From: Candidatus Pacebacteria bacterium CG2_30_36_39
Lineage (GTDB): Bacteria; Patescibacteriota; Microgenomatia; UBA1400; PJMF01
Direction of reading: 5' to 3'
DNA: 64,000 bases
NCBI GenBank assembly: GCA_001873435.1
Contig: MNZB01000002.1
Coordinates: 129,620-193,619 of the forward strand
The number at the start of each line of letters is the position of its first letter. The first letter of the stretch is position 1. Below the pieces are notes generated by a model that saw only the letters and a list, made by a program, of their open reading frames with translations, was not told where the DNA came from and did not search any database. Shown in pieces: positions 9,217 through 18,195 of this stretch. Made by a program: the position numbers and the translations under genes.

Positions 9217-9847
9217 TAGTACCCTGTTTTATCTTTGAACGTATATTCACTGAGCCATTAAATTCCTTTTCAACTGTTTGCTTGACAAAAAATAAACCCA
9301 AACCAGAATGATTTTGTTTAAAAGAACTAAACGGTTTCAAAGCCATTTGTTTTTCCCACCAATTCATTCCTTTACCAGCATCAACTACACTTAACAAACA
9401 ATTACTATTTTTATTAATAGCACTCAAAAATACTAATTTATGTTTGGTTTTCTTATTATAACTCTCGTGAGCATTGTTTAATAAACACACAACAATTTCT
9501 TGGAAAAGCAGTTTATTCCCACATAAAAATTTATTTGCTGGAATCACAATCCTTGTAACTAAATTTTTCTTGATCCTAGTTTGGTCATTAATACAAAGCA
9601 ACTCATTAATAGCTTTTTGAGGAGAAAAAACATAACGCTGCTGACGATCTCTAAAAGCCAGCATCGACTGCATATGCTTGGCATTTAATAAAACTCTTTG
9701 CAGTTCTTGCTCTGGTTTATATAAATTTTCTTGTTTAATATTTTCCAAAGCCAACTCTGACAAACTAAGAATATTTGTTAGAGGAGTAGCCAAACTATGT
9801 TGCAATATGGGGGTAGTAGAAAATAGAGTATTTTTTACCATACTCAC
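9182..9847 (-). CDS. minimal soluble histidine kinase (DHp plus HATPase_c only, 221 aa, no TM or sensor domain)
   Basis: H-box 'LQHSLATPLTNILSLSE'. N-box/G-box region 'LLNNAHESY...VVDAGKGM...HSGLGLFFVKQTVE'. Convergent with the RR and overlapping its 3' end by 35 nt. Confidence 0.7.
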   Translation of the reverse strand: MSMVKNTLFSTTPILQHSLATPLTNILSLSELALENIKQENLYKPEQELQRVLLNAKHMQSMLAFRDRQQRYVFSPQKAINELLCINDQTRIKKNLVTRIVIPANKFLCGNKLLFQEIVVCLLNNAHESYNKKTKHKLVFLSAINKNSNCLLSVVDAGKGMNWWEKQMALKPFSSFKQNHSGLGLFFVKQTVEKEFNGSVNIRSKIKQGTTIELSFPYYMQ

Positions 9848-9859
9848 AATTTACAGAAG

Positions 9860-9881
9860 AAAGCTGAAAAAAAGCTGAAAT
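9860..9881. promoter_or_regulatory. right copy of the 22-bp inverted repeat (aaagctgaaaaaaagctgaaat). It lies about 13 nt upstream of the histidine-kinase start on the minus strand.
   Basis: Exact reverse complement of 8448-8469. Confidence 0.6.
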
Positions 9882-11432
9882 TTAATTCTTAATCAAAGAA
9901 GTAATATCCCACAGCTGCAAACAAGGAGCATTATTTCCTCGACAATATTGTTCAATAAGCAAATCTGAATTACTTTCCATCAACCTCATTTTCTCTCGAT
10001 GAGAATTAACCAGCAACCAAACCTTTTCATAACCATTGCTTTGCTCAATAAATTTATCTGGTATGGCATAGACAGGCTGACCAATGCCTTCAACTCTTAA
10101 ATTAGTGTAGTCCTGATTGTGTAAATACATTAGCACTCCATCAGGCAAAGTACCAAAATAACCCTCTGTAGCGACTATTAGAGAATGTTCTTTAGTGGCC
10201 TTAAGCATTAACTCAGTACTTTCCTTTATGCCATTACCAGCTGACCATTCAGTTAAATATTGAACCCTATCTATTGGTACAAAAGGCAAGTAATAAGGAT
10301 TTTTCCAAGAAAGAATCATAAAAAGAAATGAGGTTTGGACAATAGAAGTTAAAGCAAGAACTATAAAAGCGGCTTGAAAAATAAAATAAAATAAATTTTT
10401 AAAACTAGCTTGCGCTCTTCTAACTATGTATTCAAAAGAAAGAGCAGCAGAAACCGTTAGTGGAAAAATACTAGGCAATATATAACGTGGATAAATAGTT
10501 TTACCAAGAACTAAAATCGGCAAAACAAACCCCAAAAAACTCAAAATTAAAATAACATGAGTCTTTCGTAACTTGGCTTGAAATAGGCCAAAGAAAGGTA
10601 AGACAACTATTGGCCAAGAAAGATAACGGAATAAAGCTTGGAAAATTCTTTGCGTATTGGCCCAAAAAACTGTTAATGCACCTTTATCTAGTAATTCATT
10701 GATTGGGTAAAGAAAATCACTACCACGACTAAATAATTGACTAAAAATAGGAGTTAATTTTAATAATGCAAAAATTAATATTCCACCCAAAATTACCAAC
10801 GAACTTTGACCAAGCCTTACAATAAAACTTGATTTTTTTTGTGGTAAAAAACTAATTAAAACCAAACTTGGAAAAAATAAGATAGCAGGAATCTTTGTAA
10901 ATAAAGCTAATCCAAGAAATAATATTGCTAAAAAAATATTTATCGTAAAATATTTTTTATCCTGATTGGTTTTAAGCAACCAAAGAAAAGAAGCAGAAAG
11001 AAAAGTAGTTAACAGAGCATCCATTAAAGCCATACGGTGATGAAAATACCAAAATGGCAGTAAAACAATTGTAAAAGCACCAAAAATTTGGGCTAATTTA
11101 CCGCCCCCAAGCTCTTTAATAGTTTCGGCAGTTATCTTGATTTGTATAAAGCCAGCAATTAGAGAAACTAAACGTCCAGCAAATAAAGGATCGTGCCAGA
11201 TTTTTAAAGCACCAGCTACCAGCCAAACAAAAAGTGGTGTCTTGCCATCATTCATAGAAAAGAATAAGTATCTTTGCCAATCATCAATAATTAGTTGCGC
11301 CCAGCGAATATAGATTGCTTCATCGGCAAAAACAGGAAGTAAAGTTAGGGAAATCAAATGAGTTAGCCAATAGACAAGGCCAATGATTATGAAACAAATG
11401 GGACTTAAAATTTTCCAATTCTTTTTTTGCAC
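9882..11432 (-). CDS. GT-C-fold membrane glycosyltransferase-like protein (ArnT/PMT-like, 516 aa, polytopic)
   Basis: A first-loop acidic motif 'VFADEAIYIRWAQ' follows TM1. About 12 hydrophobic segments. Sits in an operon with polyprenyl-P-sugar synthases. Confidence 0.5.
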   Translation of the reverse strand: MQKKNWKILSPICFIIIGLVYWLTHLISLTLLPVFADEAIYIRWAQLIIDDWQRYLFFSMNDGKTPLFVWLVAGALKIWHDPLFAGRLVSLIAGFIQIKITAETIKELGGGKLAQIFGAFTIVLLPFWYFHHRMALMDALLTTFLSASFLWLLKTNQDKKYFTINIFLAILFLGLALFTKIPAILFFPSLVLISFLPQKKSSFIVRLGQSSLVILGGILIFALLKLTPIFSQLFSRGSDFLYPINELLDKGALTVFWANTQRIFQALFRYLSWPIVVLPFFGLFQAKLRKTHVILILSFLGFVLPILVLGKTIYPRYILPSIFPLTVSAALSFEYIVRRAQASFKNLFYFIFQAAFIVLALTSIVQTSFLFMILSWKNPYYLPFVPIDRVQYLTEWSAGNGIKESTELMLKATKEHSLIVATEGYFGTLPDGVLMYLHNQDYTNLRVEGIGQPVYAIPDKFIEQSNGYEKVWLLVNSHREKMRLMESNSDLLIEQYCRGNNAPCLQLWDITSLIKN

Positions 11433-11465
11433 TTAATTCATTGTACCCAGAGAAAGGTGTTTCTG

Positions 11466-12704
11466 CTAGTTTAGCTTATTTTTCTTAAACTTCTCACTAA
11501 TAATTAGAAGCCCAAAAAAAATAACTCCTCCAAGCCAAGTAATATATTTTTGTTGACTTATGACATTATTAGCAAAACCACCAGCTAATAACCAAGGAAG
11601 ATAGCGCAATAAACCACTTAAACTAAAAGCTAAGACCAATTTTTTCCAAGGCAAATAACTAATTAAAGGCAACCAGATTATTGACCAAGTTAAATACCAT
11701 GGAAGAAATTGTTGAGAGCGCAAAGTAAATAGGGGAATAAATAAAATTAGAGAAATAAATAGGAATAAGTTTTTTTCAACCACTTTTTTTAATAAATCAT
11801 TGCGCAATGGATTTTCGAAAAACCAACCAATAAACCAATACAACCACAGAGGCAACAACAGAATTGTGACAAATTTAGTGCTGATTGAAAAACCAAGAAA
11901 AAATAAAGAAATAACACTGACGGTAATAGGTATTCTCTTGGGTTTTTTAATCACTAAAACCATACTAATAATTGCTGGTATCAACATCCAAAAGTCGTTA
12001 TGCAAATTAGATAGGATTTCAATTATTACCAATGGGTTGGCAAAAACCAACCAAACATCTGCTGCAGTAATTTTTCTATTACTTACTTTATATATTAATA
12101 ATTTGAGTACTAAGAACAATAAAATATAACTTAGCCAAGCTAAAGCTTTAAAAATAAACCAAGTAGGTAAAAACTTATTAAAGCCAACTAAATAAGGCAG
12201 AATCGAGAAGATCGTCCAACCATAGCCATATGGGGCAGGAGTATGAGTGTTGTGCATAAATCTAAGCCAATTATCTTGCGGAAAATCTAAGGCAACTTGT
12301 TGATGTGGATCAGCTTGATAAACAACTGCCATTTTGGCATTGAAAATATAATTAAAAACATCATGAGACAAGGCGTTATAGCTAAAAAATAATGGTGACA
12401 ATGCAAATAATATTTTAATAAAAAATTTTGTAGGATTTATATTTATTTCAGTTTTAAGATTTTTTAATCCTAAAAAATAAACCAAAAAATAACCAACAAC
12501 TAAAAGTAAAAAACTAGAAGTTAATAAATTTGAGTTATGGAAAAAGGTTTGCCACATCCACTGCTGAAAATTCCAGTATGGTGCCCAACTTGTTAAAACT
12601 AAATTTGGATCAGTTAGAGAATAAGAAAACAAAGAATAAAAAAAACTCACTAAAAAAAGTAAACCAAAAAGCTGGTTACTATTATTTGATTTTTTATTAT
12701 TCAT
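11466..12704 (-). CDS. polytopic integral membrane protein (412 aa), function unknown; possibly another lipid-linked-sugar-dependent transferase
   Basis: More than 10 hydrophobic segments. Aromatic-rich. No soluble domain. Confidence 0.4.
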   Translation of the reverse strand: MNNKKSNNSNQLFGLLFLVSFFYSLFSYSLTDPNLVLTSWAPYWNFQQWMWQTFFHNSNLLTSSFLLLVVGYFLVYFLGLKNLKTEININPTKFFIKILFALSPLFFSYNALSHDVFNYIFNAKMAVVYQADPHQQVALDFPQDNWLRFMHNTHTPAPYGYGWTIFSILPYLVGFNKFLPTWFIFKALAWLSYILLFLVLKLLIYKVSNRKITAADVWLVFANPLVIIEILSNLHNDFWMLIPAIISMVLVIKKPKRIPITVSVISLFFLGFSISTKFVTILLLPLWLYWFIGWFFENPLRNDLLKKVVEKNLFLFISLILFIPLFTLRSQQFLPWYLTWSIIWLPLISYLPWKKLVLAFSLSGLLRYLPWLLAGGFANNVISQQKYITWLGGVIFFGLLIISEKFKKNKLN

Positions 12705-12706
12705 GC

Positions 12707-13465
12707 TTAGTGATATTTTCCGGTTAAGTATGCCAATCTTATTTTCATAATATCAATTAACATACGAATAGAATCTTTAATAGGACTAACACGATCAGTT
12801 TTATGATGTTTCCAAAGGATTGGTACTTCTTTATAACCTATCTTAAATTTTCTAGCTAAAAACAATAATTCAACATCGAAAGCGCCAGTAAAGGCATCCT
12901 GGCGTGTTTGTTCTCCACCATAAACATAGAGAGCTGGAAAAAGTTTTTTAGTTGCATCGGCAGAAAAAAGTTTAAAACCACATTGAGTATCTTTGACTCC
13001 TCTTACTGCTAGAATTTGGACTAATAAATTGAATCCTCGACCCATTAAATGACGATAAAGAGGCTCTTTGTCTCTTCTAGCGCCAGTAATCTCTCTAGAA
13101 CCAAAAATAACTTCTTGAGAATCTATATATTTTAAAAGTTTTTCTATCTCTACTAAGGGAGTAGATTGATCAAAGTCAGTGAATAAACGCCATTCTCCAT
13201 TTGCAGCCAGCATCCCAGCTTTAACAGTTGGACCTTTACCAGCATGATGATTTTTTAGAACAACAATTCGACTGTCTTTTACAGCATATGATTCGAGAAT
13301 TTCCGCTGTTCCATCAGTACTTCCATCATCAGTTAAAACCAATTCCCAAGTATAGGTTTGTTTTTTGAGATAACTTAGCATCTCTTCAACAACACCTCTT
13401 TTAAGATTGCTTTGTTCATTGAAAGAAGGGACAACTACGGATAAAAAAGGAATTTGGTTTGCCAT
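12707..13465 (-). CDS. GT2 polyprenyl-phosphate sugar synthase (dolichol-phosphate mannosyltransferase DPM1-like)
   Basis: 'LSVVVPSFNEQSNL' and 'LVLTDDGSTDGT' (DxD region). 252 aa soluble GT-A. Confidence 0.75.
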   Translation of the reverse strand: MANQIPFLSVVVPSFNEQSNLKRGVVEEMLSYLKKQTYTWELVLTDDGSTDGTAEILESYAVKDSRIVVLKNHHAGKGPTVKAGMLAANGEWRLFTDFDQSTPLVEIEKLLKYIDSQEVIFGSREITGARRDKEPLYRHLMGRGFNLLVQILAVRGVKDTQCGFKLFSADATKKLFPALYVYGGEQTRQDAFTGAFDVELLFLARKFKIGYKEVPILWKHHKTDRVSPIKDSIRMLIDIMKIRLAYLTGKYH

Positions 13466-13473
13466 AAGCAGCT

Positions 13474-15051
13474 CTATTCTAGCGGTTGTGCGCTTTCTTG
13501 TGTAGTTCTTTTCAACATAGTTATTTCTGGTCCTCCTGGTATAACAAAGAAATCAGCTGGTTTTTTATCTGGAAAAACAGCTATTTCATAAATTGGTGAA
13601 TCAGTAACATTCGTTGTTTTCTTTTCTTCATTAATAATAAACAGGGTGGTAGTACTATCTCTTTCAGCAAAAGTTGTTGGGCTAGTATGCCCAGTAGTTA
13701 AGTAATAACGATAGTTTTGGCCATCAATATCATGACTCTCTGAAAGTAAAACCAAATTATATTTTTCTCCAGGCTGGACATGCTTTAATATTTCTTCACT
13801 AGTTCTTTTCATATCATTAATAGTCCAACCCATAGTTTTAAGTGGCATCTTGGGCAGATTGTATTGCAAAAAATATCCAGCAAAAATAATTGTGCCAAGA
13901 TAAATGAAAAATTTTGGTTTAATACTGCTTGCTAACCAGCCATAAACTAAAACTGTAACCGGAAAAAGATAGGCAATATAGTGATCAAAAATAGTATGCT
14001 CATAAAAAGCGGTTCCAATAATTCCTATTAATAAATAAGTTAAAATCACCATAAATGGAGCTAAATATTTAGCTCCATGATCTTTTTTAAGCAATTGGGA
14101 CTGCCTGATTAAATAGCCACAGATTAAAACAGCAAAACCATAAAGCAAATTCTTATTTAAAGTTCTATTTTTTCCAATCATAACTTCAAATAAAATATGC
14201 ATCCCGCGGCCTTCAGTTTCTTTAAAAGTTTTAGCCAACTTTGTAGTTAGAGAAACTTTTGGTGAATAAGTAAAATTATCTTCATTGGTAATTAAATTTT
14301 GAAATGCAGATATATTTTTACTGCCGTGCTTTAGATCAAATAAAATCAAGGGTGTTAATGATATTAGAAAAATAGAAATGGCAAGAAAAGTTGGTTTTAA
14401 AAGTGGTTTAAAGCTATGTTTTTTGTTTTGTTGATGTTTTTGCCAAAAATCCTTAAAGCTTAATAACCAAAAAATTCCAGCAACTGGCAGTGTTAATAGT
14501 GTTAAATAGTGCAATTGAATAAGAACGCTAAAACAAACACTTACCCAAACCCAGTGCCATGGATTTTTTTTCCAGGCAGAGTAAGTGAAGTAAATCATTA
14601 ATAATGAAATTACTGGAGCTGGATTGGGATTCCAGCTAAATCTAGTAAACTGAGTTGCTGTAGCAGAAAAAGTGTAAAAAGCAGATGCCAGTAAGGCTCC
14701 ATTTTCACCAATCATCTTTTTACCCAAAAAATAGATTAGATAAACAGTTAAAACTCCTAGTCCAGCCATGGCATAAACTGGTCCAATTGGATTTGGATAG
14801 GTTAGCCATAAAAAAGGTAGCATAAAATAGTAATACAGTGGTCCGAGATACATATTTCCCACACTAGTAACTGGACCAATAAAAACTAAATCATGTTTGC
14901 GAAATATGTCAGCCACTATCATGGCGTCTCTACCCTGATCTCCCTGAAATTGTAGTGAACCCTCTAGATTATAGAAACGCAAGAAGATAGCGATGAGCAG
15001 CAAACTCACCAACAACACTCTTTTGAGTGGTGAGACGGGTAATAGCTTCAT
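13474..15051 (-). CDS. GT-C-like polytopic membrane protein (525 aa)
   Basis: N-terminal TM followed by 'FQGDQGRDAMIVADIF' in a loop, then 11 or more TM segments and a C-terminal soluble domain. Architecture resembles ArnT/PMT-type transferases. Confidence 0.45.
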   Translation of the reverse strand: MKLLPVSPLKRVLLVSLLLIAIFLRFYNLEGSLQFQGDQGRDAMIVADIFRKHDLVFIGPVTSVGNMYLGPLYYYFMLPFLWLTYPNPIGPVYAMAGLGVLTVYLIYFLGKKMIGENGALLASAFYTFSATATQFTRFSWNPNPAPVISLLMIYFTYSAWKKNPWHWVWVSVCFSVLIQLHYLTLLTLPVAGIFWLLSFKDFWQKHQQNKKHSFKPLLKPTFLAISIFLISLTPLILFDLKHGSKNISAFQNLITNEDNFTYSPKVSLTTKLAKTFKETEGRGMHILFEVMIGKNRTLNKNLLYGFAVLICGYLIRQSQLLKKDHGAKYLAPFMVILTYLLIGIIGTAFYEHTIFDHYIAYLFPVTVLVYGWLASSIKPKFFIYLGTIIFAGYFLQYNLPKMPLKTMGWTINDMKRTSEEILKHVQPGEKYNLVLLSESHDIDGQNYRYYLTTGHTSPTTFAERDSTTTLFIINEEKKTTNVTDSPIYEIAVFPDKKPADFFVIPGGPEITMLKRTTQESAQPLE

Positions 15052-15057
15052 ATTATT

Positions 15058-16230
15058 TTATTTTTTCTTACCCTTTTTCCAAATAAAGGTATTGTAAGCA
15101 AAGAAATTCCAAAACATTCCAATTAGGATTCCGCCTACGGCATACATAGTACCGGTATCAATATCCATATTAATAATTGGCAAGGTGAAGAGAGTAAATA
15201 GTCCGACAAAGGTCTCTCCAACAAAAGCAATTATTTGTTGAATTAAAATTGAACCACCAGATGCCAAATTAAATTGAACAAACTTAGCTGGAATTTGTTT
15301 TGCTTTAAGTTTACGATCAGAAAAAGTCCATAGGTTGCTTAGAATAAAATTCATTAAGACAGCACATTCAATAGCTAAGAAAAAGGCTAGCTGGAATGGA
15401 GCAACTAAACGCCAGCCTTGTAAAGTCAAAAGTTGAGTAAGTGCGCCAATGCCACCGACTATGACAAACTTAAAAATTCTACTTTTTAATAAATCTGTGA
15501 CTCTCACTTTCATAATGTATTCAAGAGTATTTTTTATATACTCAGGTCCTATTTTACTTTTACCAATGGTTCTATCTTTGAAATGAAAAGGAATTTCTGC
15601 CATGGAAAATCCGTGGTTCATTGCTTTATGAAGAAACCCAATTTGAAAGGTGTACCCAGAGAATTTATCATCATTTAACTCTTCTCTAATTGTTGTAAAA
15701 ACTTTTTTAGTAATAGCGCGATAGCCAGTAGTCCAGTCTCTAATTTTAAAATTAGTTAAAACAGTCATGATAACCAAATTTCCCACCACACTCAAAAACT
15801 TGCGGTGGAAGCCCCAATCGGCTGGAATACTGCCACCTGGAATATACCTGGATCCAAGTGCCATGTCATAGCCTTCATCTATTTTTTTGAGAAACAAAGG
15901 AATTTTTGTTGGGTCATGAGAGAGATCTGCATCAAATTCGAAAACAACTTCAGCACTGAGTTTGTTAAAGGCAAAATCCATGCCTTTTAAATAAGCTCCG
16001 CCCAAGCCAGCTTTTTCAGGATTTACTAATAGTTCCAGGCTAGCAAATTTTTTCTTTAAGTTCTCAACTAACTCGTAGGTTTTATCTGGTGAAGTATCAT
16101 CAACTACCAATACTCCGCACTCCCAATTATTAATTTCTTTAAAGGTTTTGTAAACTTCAGTGAGAGTTTTTTCAATGTTCTCACGCTCGTTATAGGTTGG
16201 GATAATGACGAACGCTTTTTTTTGTTGCAT
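15058..16230 (-). CDS. GT2 polyprenyl-phosphate glycosyltransferase fused to a C-terminal GtrA-like membrane domain
   Basis: 'FVIIPTYNERENI' and 'VLVVDDTSPDKT'. The C-terminal 120 aa has four TM helices, typical of GtrA-family fusions. Confidence 0.75.
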   Translation of the reverse strand: MQQKKAFVIIPTYNERENIEKTLTEVYKTFKEINNWECGVLVVDDTSPDKTYELVENLKKKFASLELLVNPEKAGLGGAYLKGMDFAFNKLSAEVVFEFDADLSHDPTKIPLFLKKIDEGYDMALGSRYIPGGSIPADWGFHRKFLSVVGNLVIMTVLTNFKIRDWTTGYRAITKKVFTTIREELNDDKFSGYTFQIGFLHKAMNHGFSMAEIPFHFKDRTIGKSKIGPEYIKNTLEYIMKVRVTDLLKSRIFKFVIVGGIGALTQLLTLQGWRLVAPFQLAFFLAIECAVLMNFILSNLWTFSDRKLKAKQIPAKFVQFNLASGGSILIQQIIAFVGETFVGLFTLFTLPIINMDIDTGTMYAVGGILIGMFWNFFAYNTFIWKKGKKK

Positions 16231-16235
16231 GGAAC

Positions 16236-17213
16236 TTAGTCTTTCAACTTGCTTTCTTCTTCTAGTTCAGACTGAACCATTAAATCTACTAGTTGTTCAA
16301 AATCAATTGTTGGTTGCCAACCCAATTTTTCTTTAGCTTTACTAGGATCGCCGATGAGCAAATCAACCTCAGCTGGTCTGTCGTAAACTGGGTTGTGTTT
16401 GTAAACACTTTGCCAATCAGTAATACCAGCTGATTTACATGAAAGTTCTAGAAATTCTCTTACAGAATGGGTTTCTCCAGTAGCAACTACATAATCATCT
16501 GGTTCATTTTGCTGAAGCATCAACCACATAGCTTCAACATAGTCTTTGGCATAGCCCCAGTCACGTTTTGCATCAAGATTACCCAATTCAATATATGGCT
16601 GTTTGCCGAGTTTAACTCTAGCAATGCCATTGGCAATTTTTCTAGTTACAAACTCAAGACCACGGCGAGGGGATTCATGATTGAATAAAATACCGGAAAC
16701 GGCAAACATATCATATGATTCACGATAGTTTACTGTAATCCAATGACCATAAACCTTGGCGACGCCATATGGTGATCGAGGATAAAAAGGTGTTAATTCT
16801 GTTTGTGGGGTTTCGCGAACCTTGCCAAACATTTCACTTGAAGAGGCTTGATAAAATTTAGCATTAGGAGAAGCTAGACGCATTGCCTCAAGTACTCTGG
16901 TTACGCCGATACCAGTAAATTCTCCAGTTAAAACGGGTTGTTCCCAAGAGGCTTGCACAAAAGATTGAGCAGCTAGATTATAGATTTCATCTGGTTGAAT
17001 ATCTTTTAGAGCGAAAGTTAATGAGTGTTGATCAATTAAATCACCAGAAATTAACTTAAGATTTGGATTATGGACAACTCTTTTAATTCTGGCAAAATTT
17101 TGAGTACTAGTACGACGAGTAAGACCGAAAACCTGATAGCCTTTTTCAAGTAAAGACTCAGCTAAATATGAACCATCTTGGCCGGTAATACCGGTAATAA
17201 ATGCTTTTTTCAT
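16236..17213 (-). CDS. gmd: GDP-mannose 4,6-dehydratase
   Basis: '[35 protein letters not shown]'. '[19 protein letters not shown]'. 325 aa. Strongly conserved Gmd signature. Confidence 0.9.
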   Translation of the reverse strand: MKKAFITGITGQDGSYLAESLLEKGYQVFGLTRRTSTQNFARIKRVVHNPNLKLISGDLIDQHSLTFALKDIQPDEIYNLAAQSFVQASWEQPVLTGEFTGIGVTRVLEAMRLASPNAKFYQASSSEMFGKVRETPQTELTPFYPRSPYGVAKVYGHWITVNYRESYDMFAVSGILFNHESPRRGLEFVTRKIANGIARVKLGKQPYIELGNLDAKRDWGYAKDYVEAMWLMLQQNEPDDYVVATGETHSVREFLELSCKSAGITDWQSVYKHNPVYDRPAEVDLLIGDPSKAKEKLGWQPTIDFEQLVDLMVQSELEEESKLKD

Positions 17214-17223
17214 GAATACCTCT

Positions 17224-18180
17224 CTATTGTTCTCTCCACCACTGTACTATTCTTGCTAGGGTCGTGTCGAGAGGGATTGTGGGTTCCCACCCGAGTGATT
17301 CAATTTTTGCAATGTCAGCAGTCACTCTATCTGTTTCACCAGTACGATTTTTGCTTTCATCAGCAACAATTTTAAATTCTTTATTGGCCAATTGTTGAAG
17401 TTTTTCTAATATCTCTCGAAGAGTAACATCTCTGCCACTACCGATGTTGTAAACTTCTCCAGCTTCACCTTTTTCCATTAGCAAGGCATAAGCTTTAACA
17501 ACGTCTTTTACATCAGTAAAATCGCGACTGACATCAATGTTTCCTACTCTCAATTCTTTTTTTAATCCTTTTTCAATTTCTTGAGTTATTTGTGAAACGA
17601 AATCTGGAATAACAAAGCCTTTGGGTTGATATTCACCTATATGATTAAAAGATCTAGTTCTGACGATATTAAGGTTGTGAGAGGCGTAGTAGGCACTGGC
17701 CAACATGTCTTGAGTAACTTTTGAAACAGCATAGGGATTTCTTGGACCTAGGGGACTAGTTTCAGTTAATGGACTAGGGGATGGAGCATATTCTGTGCCA
17801 CTGCCAATTGAAAGTAGCTTTGCATTGGGAGTGATGTTTAGCATAGCTTCCAAGACATTAAGTTGAATTTTAGTGTTTATGTCTAAAACTAAGCTTTTCT
17901 TTTCTAAACTAAGACCTGGAGATGAAAAACTTGCCAAATTATAGATATGTTCAGGTTTGAGTAGCTCAAACAACTCCATTACTAAATTTGGTTTGGTTAA
18001 ATTTGCTTCGTGGAAATTAGTTTGAGGTATGAGCTGATCAAGAATTACTTGAGGTTCAATTTTTAGTGTAGTGACGTGAATTAGTTCTGCTGGGGTGTTG
18101 TTGGCAATGAGTTCTTGAACCAAATGTGTACCAACAAAACCAGTACCGCCAGTAATTAAGATATTTCCATTTGTTTTCAC
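17224..18180 (-). CDS. rmd: GDP-4-dehydro-6-deoxy-D-mannose reductase (Rmd-like; GDP-D-rhamnose-forming SDR)
   Basis: '[14 protein letters not shown]', 'PRNPYAVSK', '[10 protein letters not shown]', '[18 protein letters not shown]' and '[12 protein letters not shown]' closely parallel Pseudomonas Rmd, recalled from memory. Directly downstream of gmd. Confidence 0.7.
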   Translation of the reverse strand: MKTNGNILITGGTGFVGTHLVQELIANNTPAELIHVTTLKIEPQVILDQLIPQTNFHEANLTKPNLVMELFELLKPEHIYNLASFSSPGLSLEKKSLVLDINTKIQLNVLEAMLNITPNAKLLSIGSGTEYAPSPSPLTETSPLGPRNPYAVSKVTQDMLASAYYASHNLNIVRTRSFNHIGEYQPKGFVIPDFVSQITQEIEKGLKKELRVGNIDVSRDFTDVKDVVKAYALLMEKGEAGEVYNIGSGRDVTLREILEKLQQLANKEFKIVADESKNRTGETDRVTADIAKIESLGWEPTIPLDTTLARIVQWWREQ

Positions 18181-18195
18181 GTTTGTTTCCTCTAA

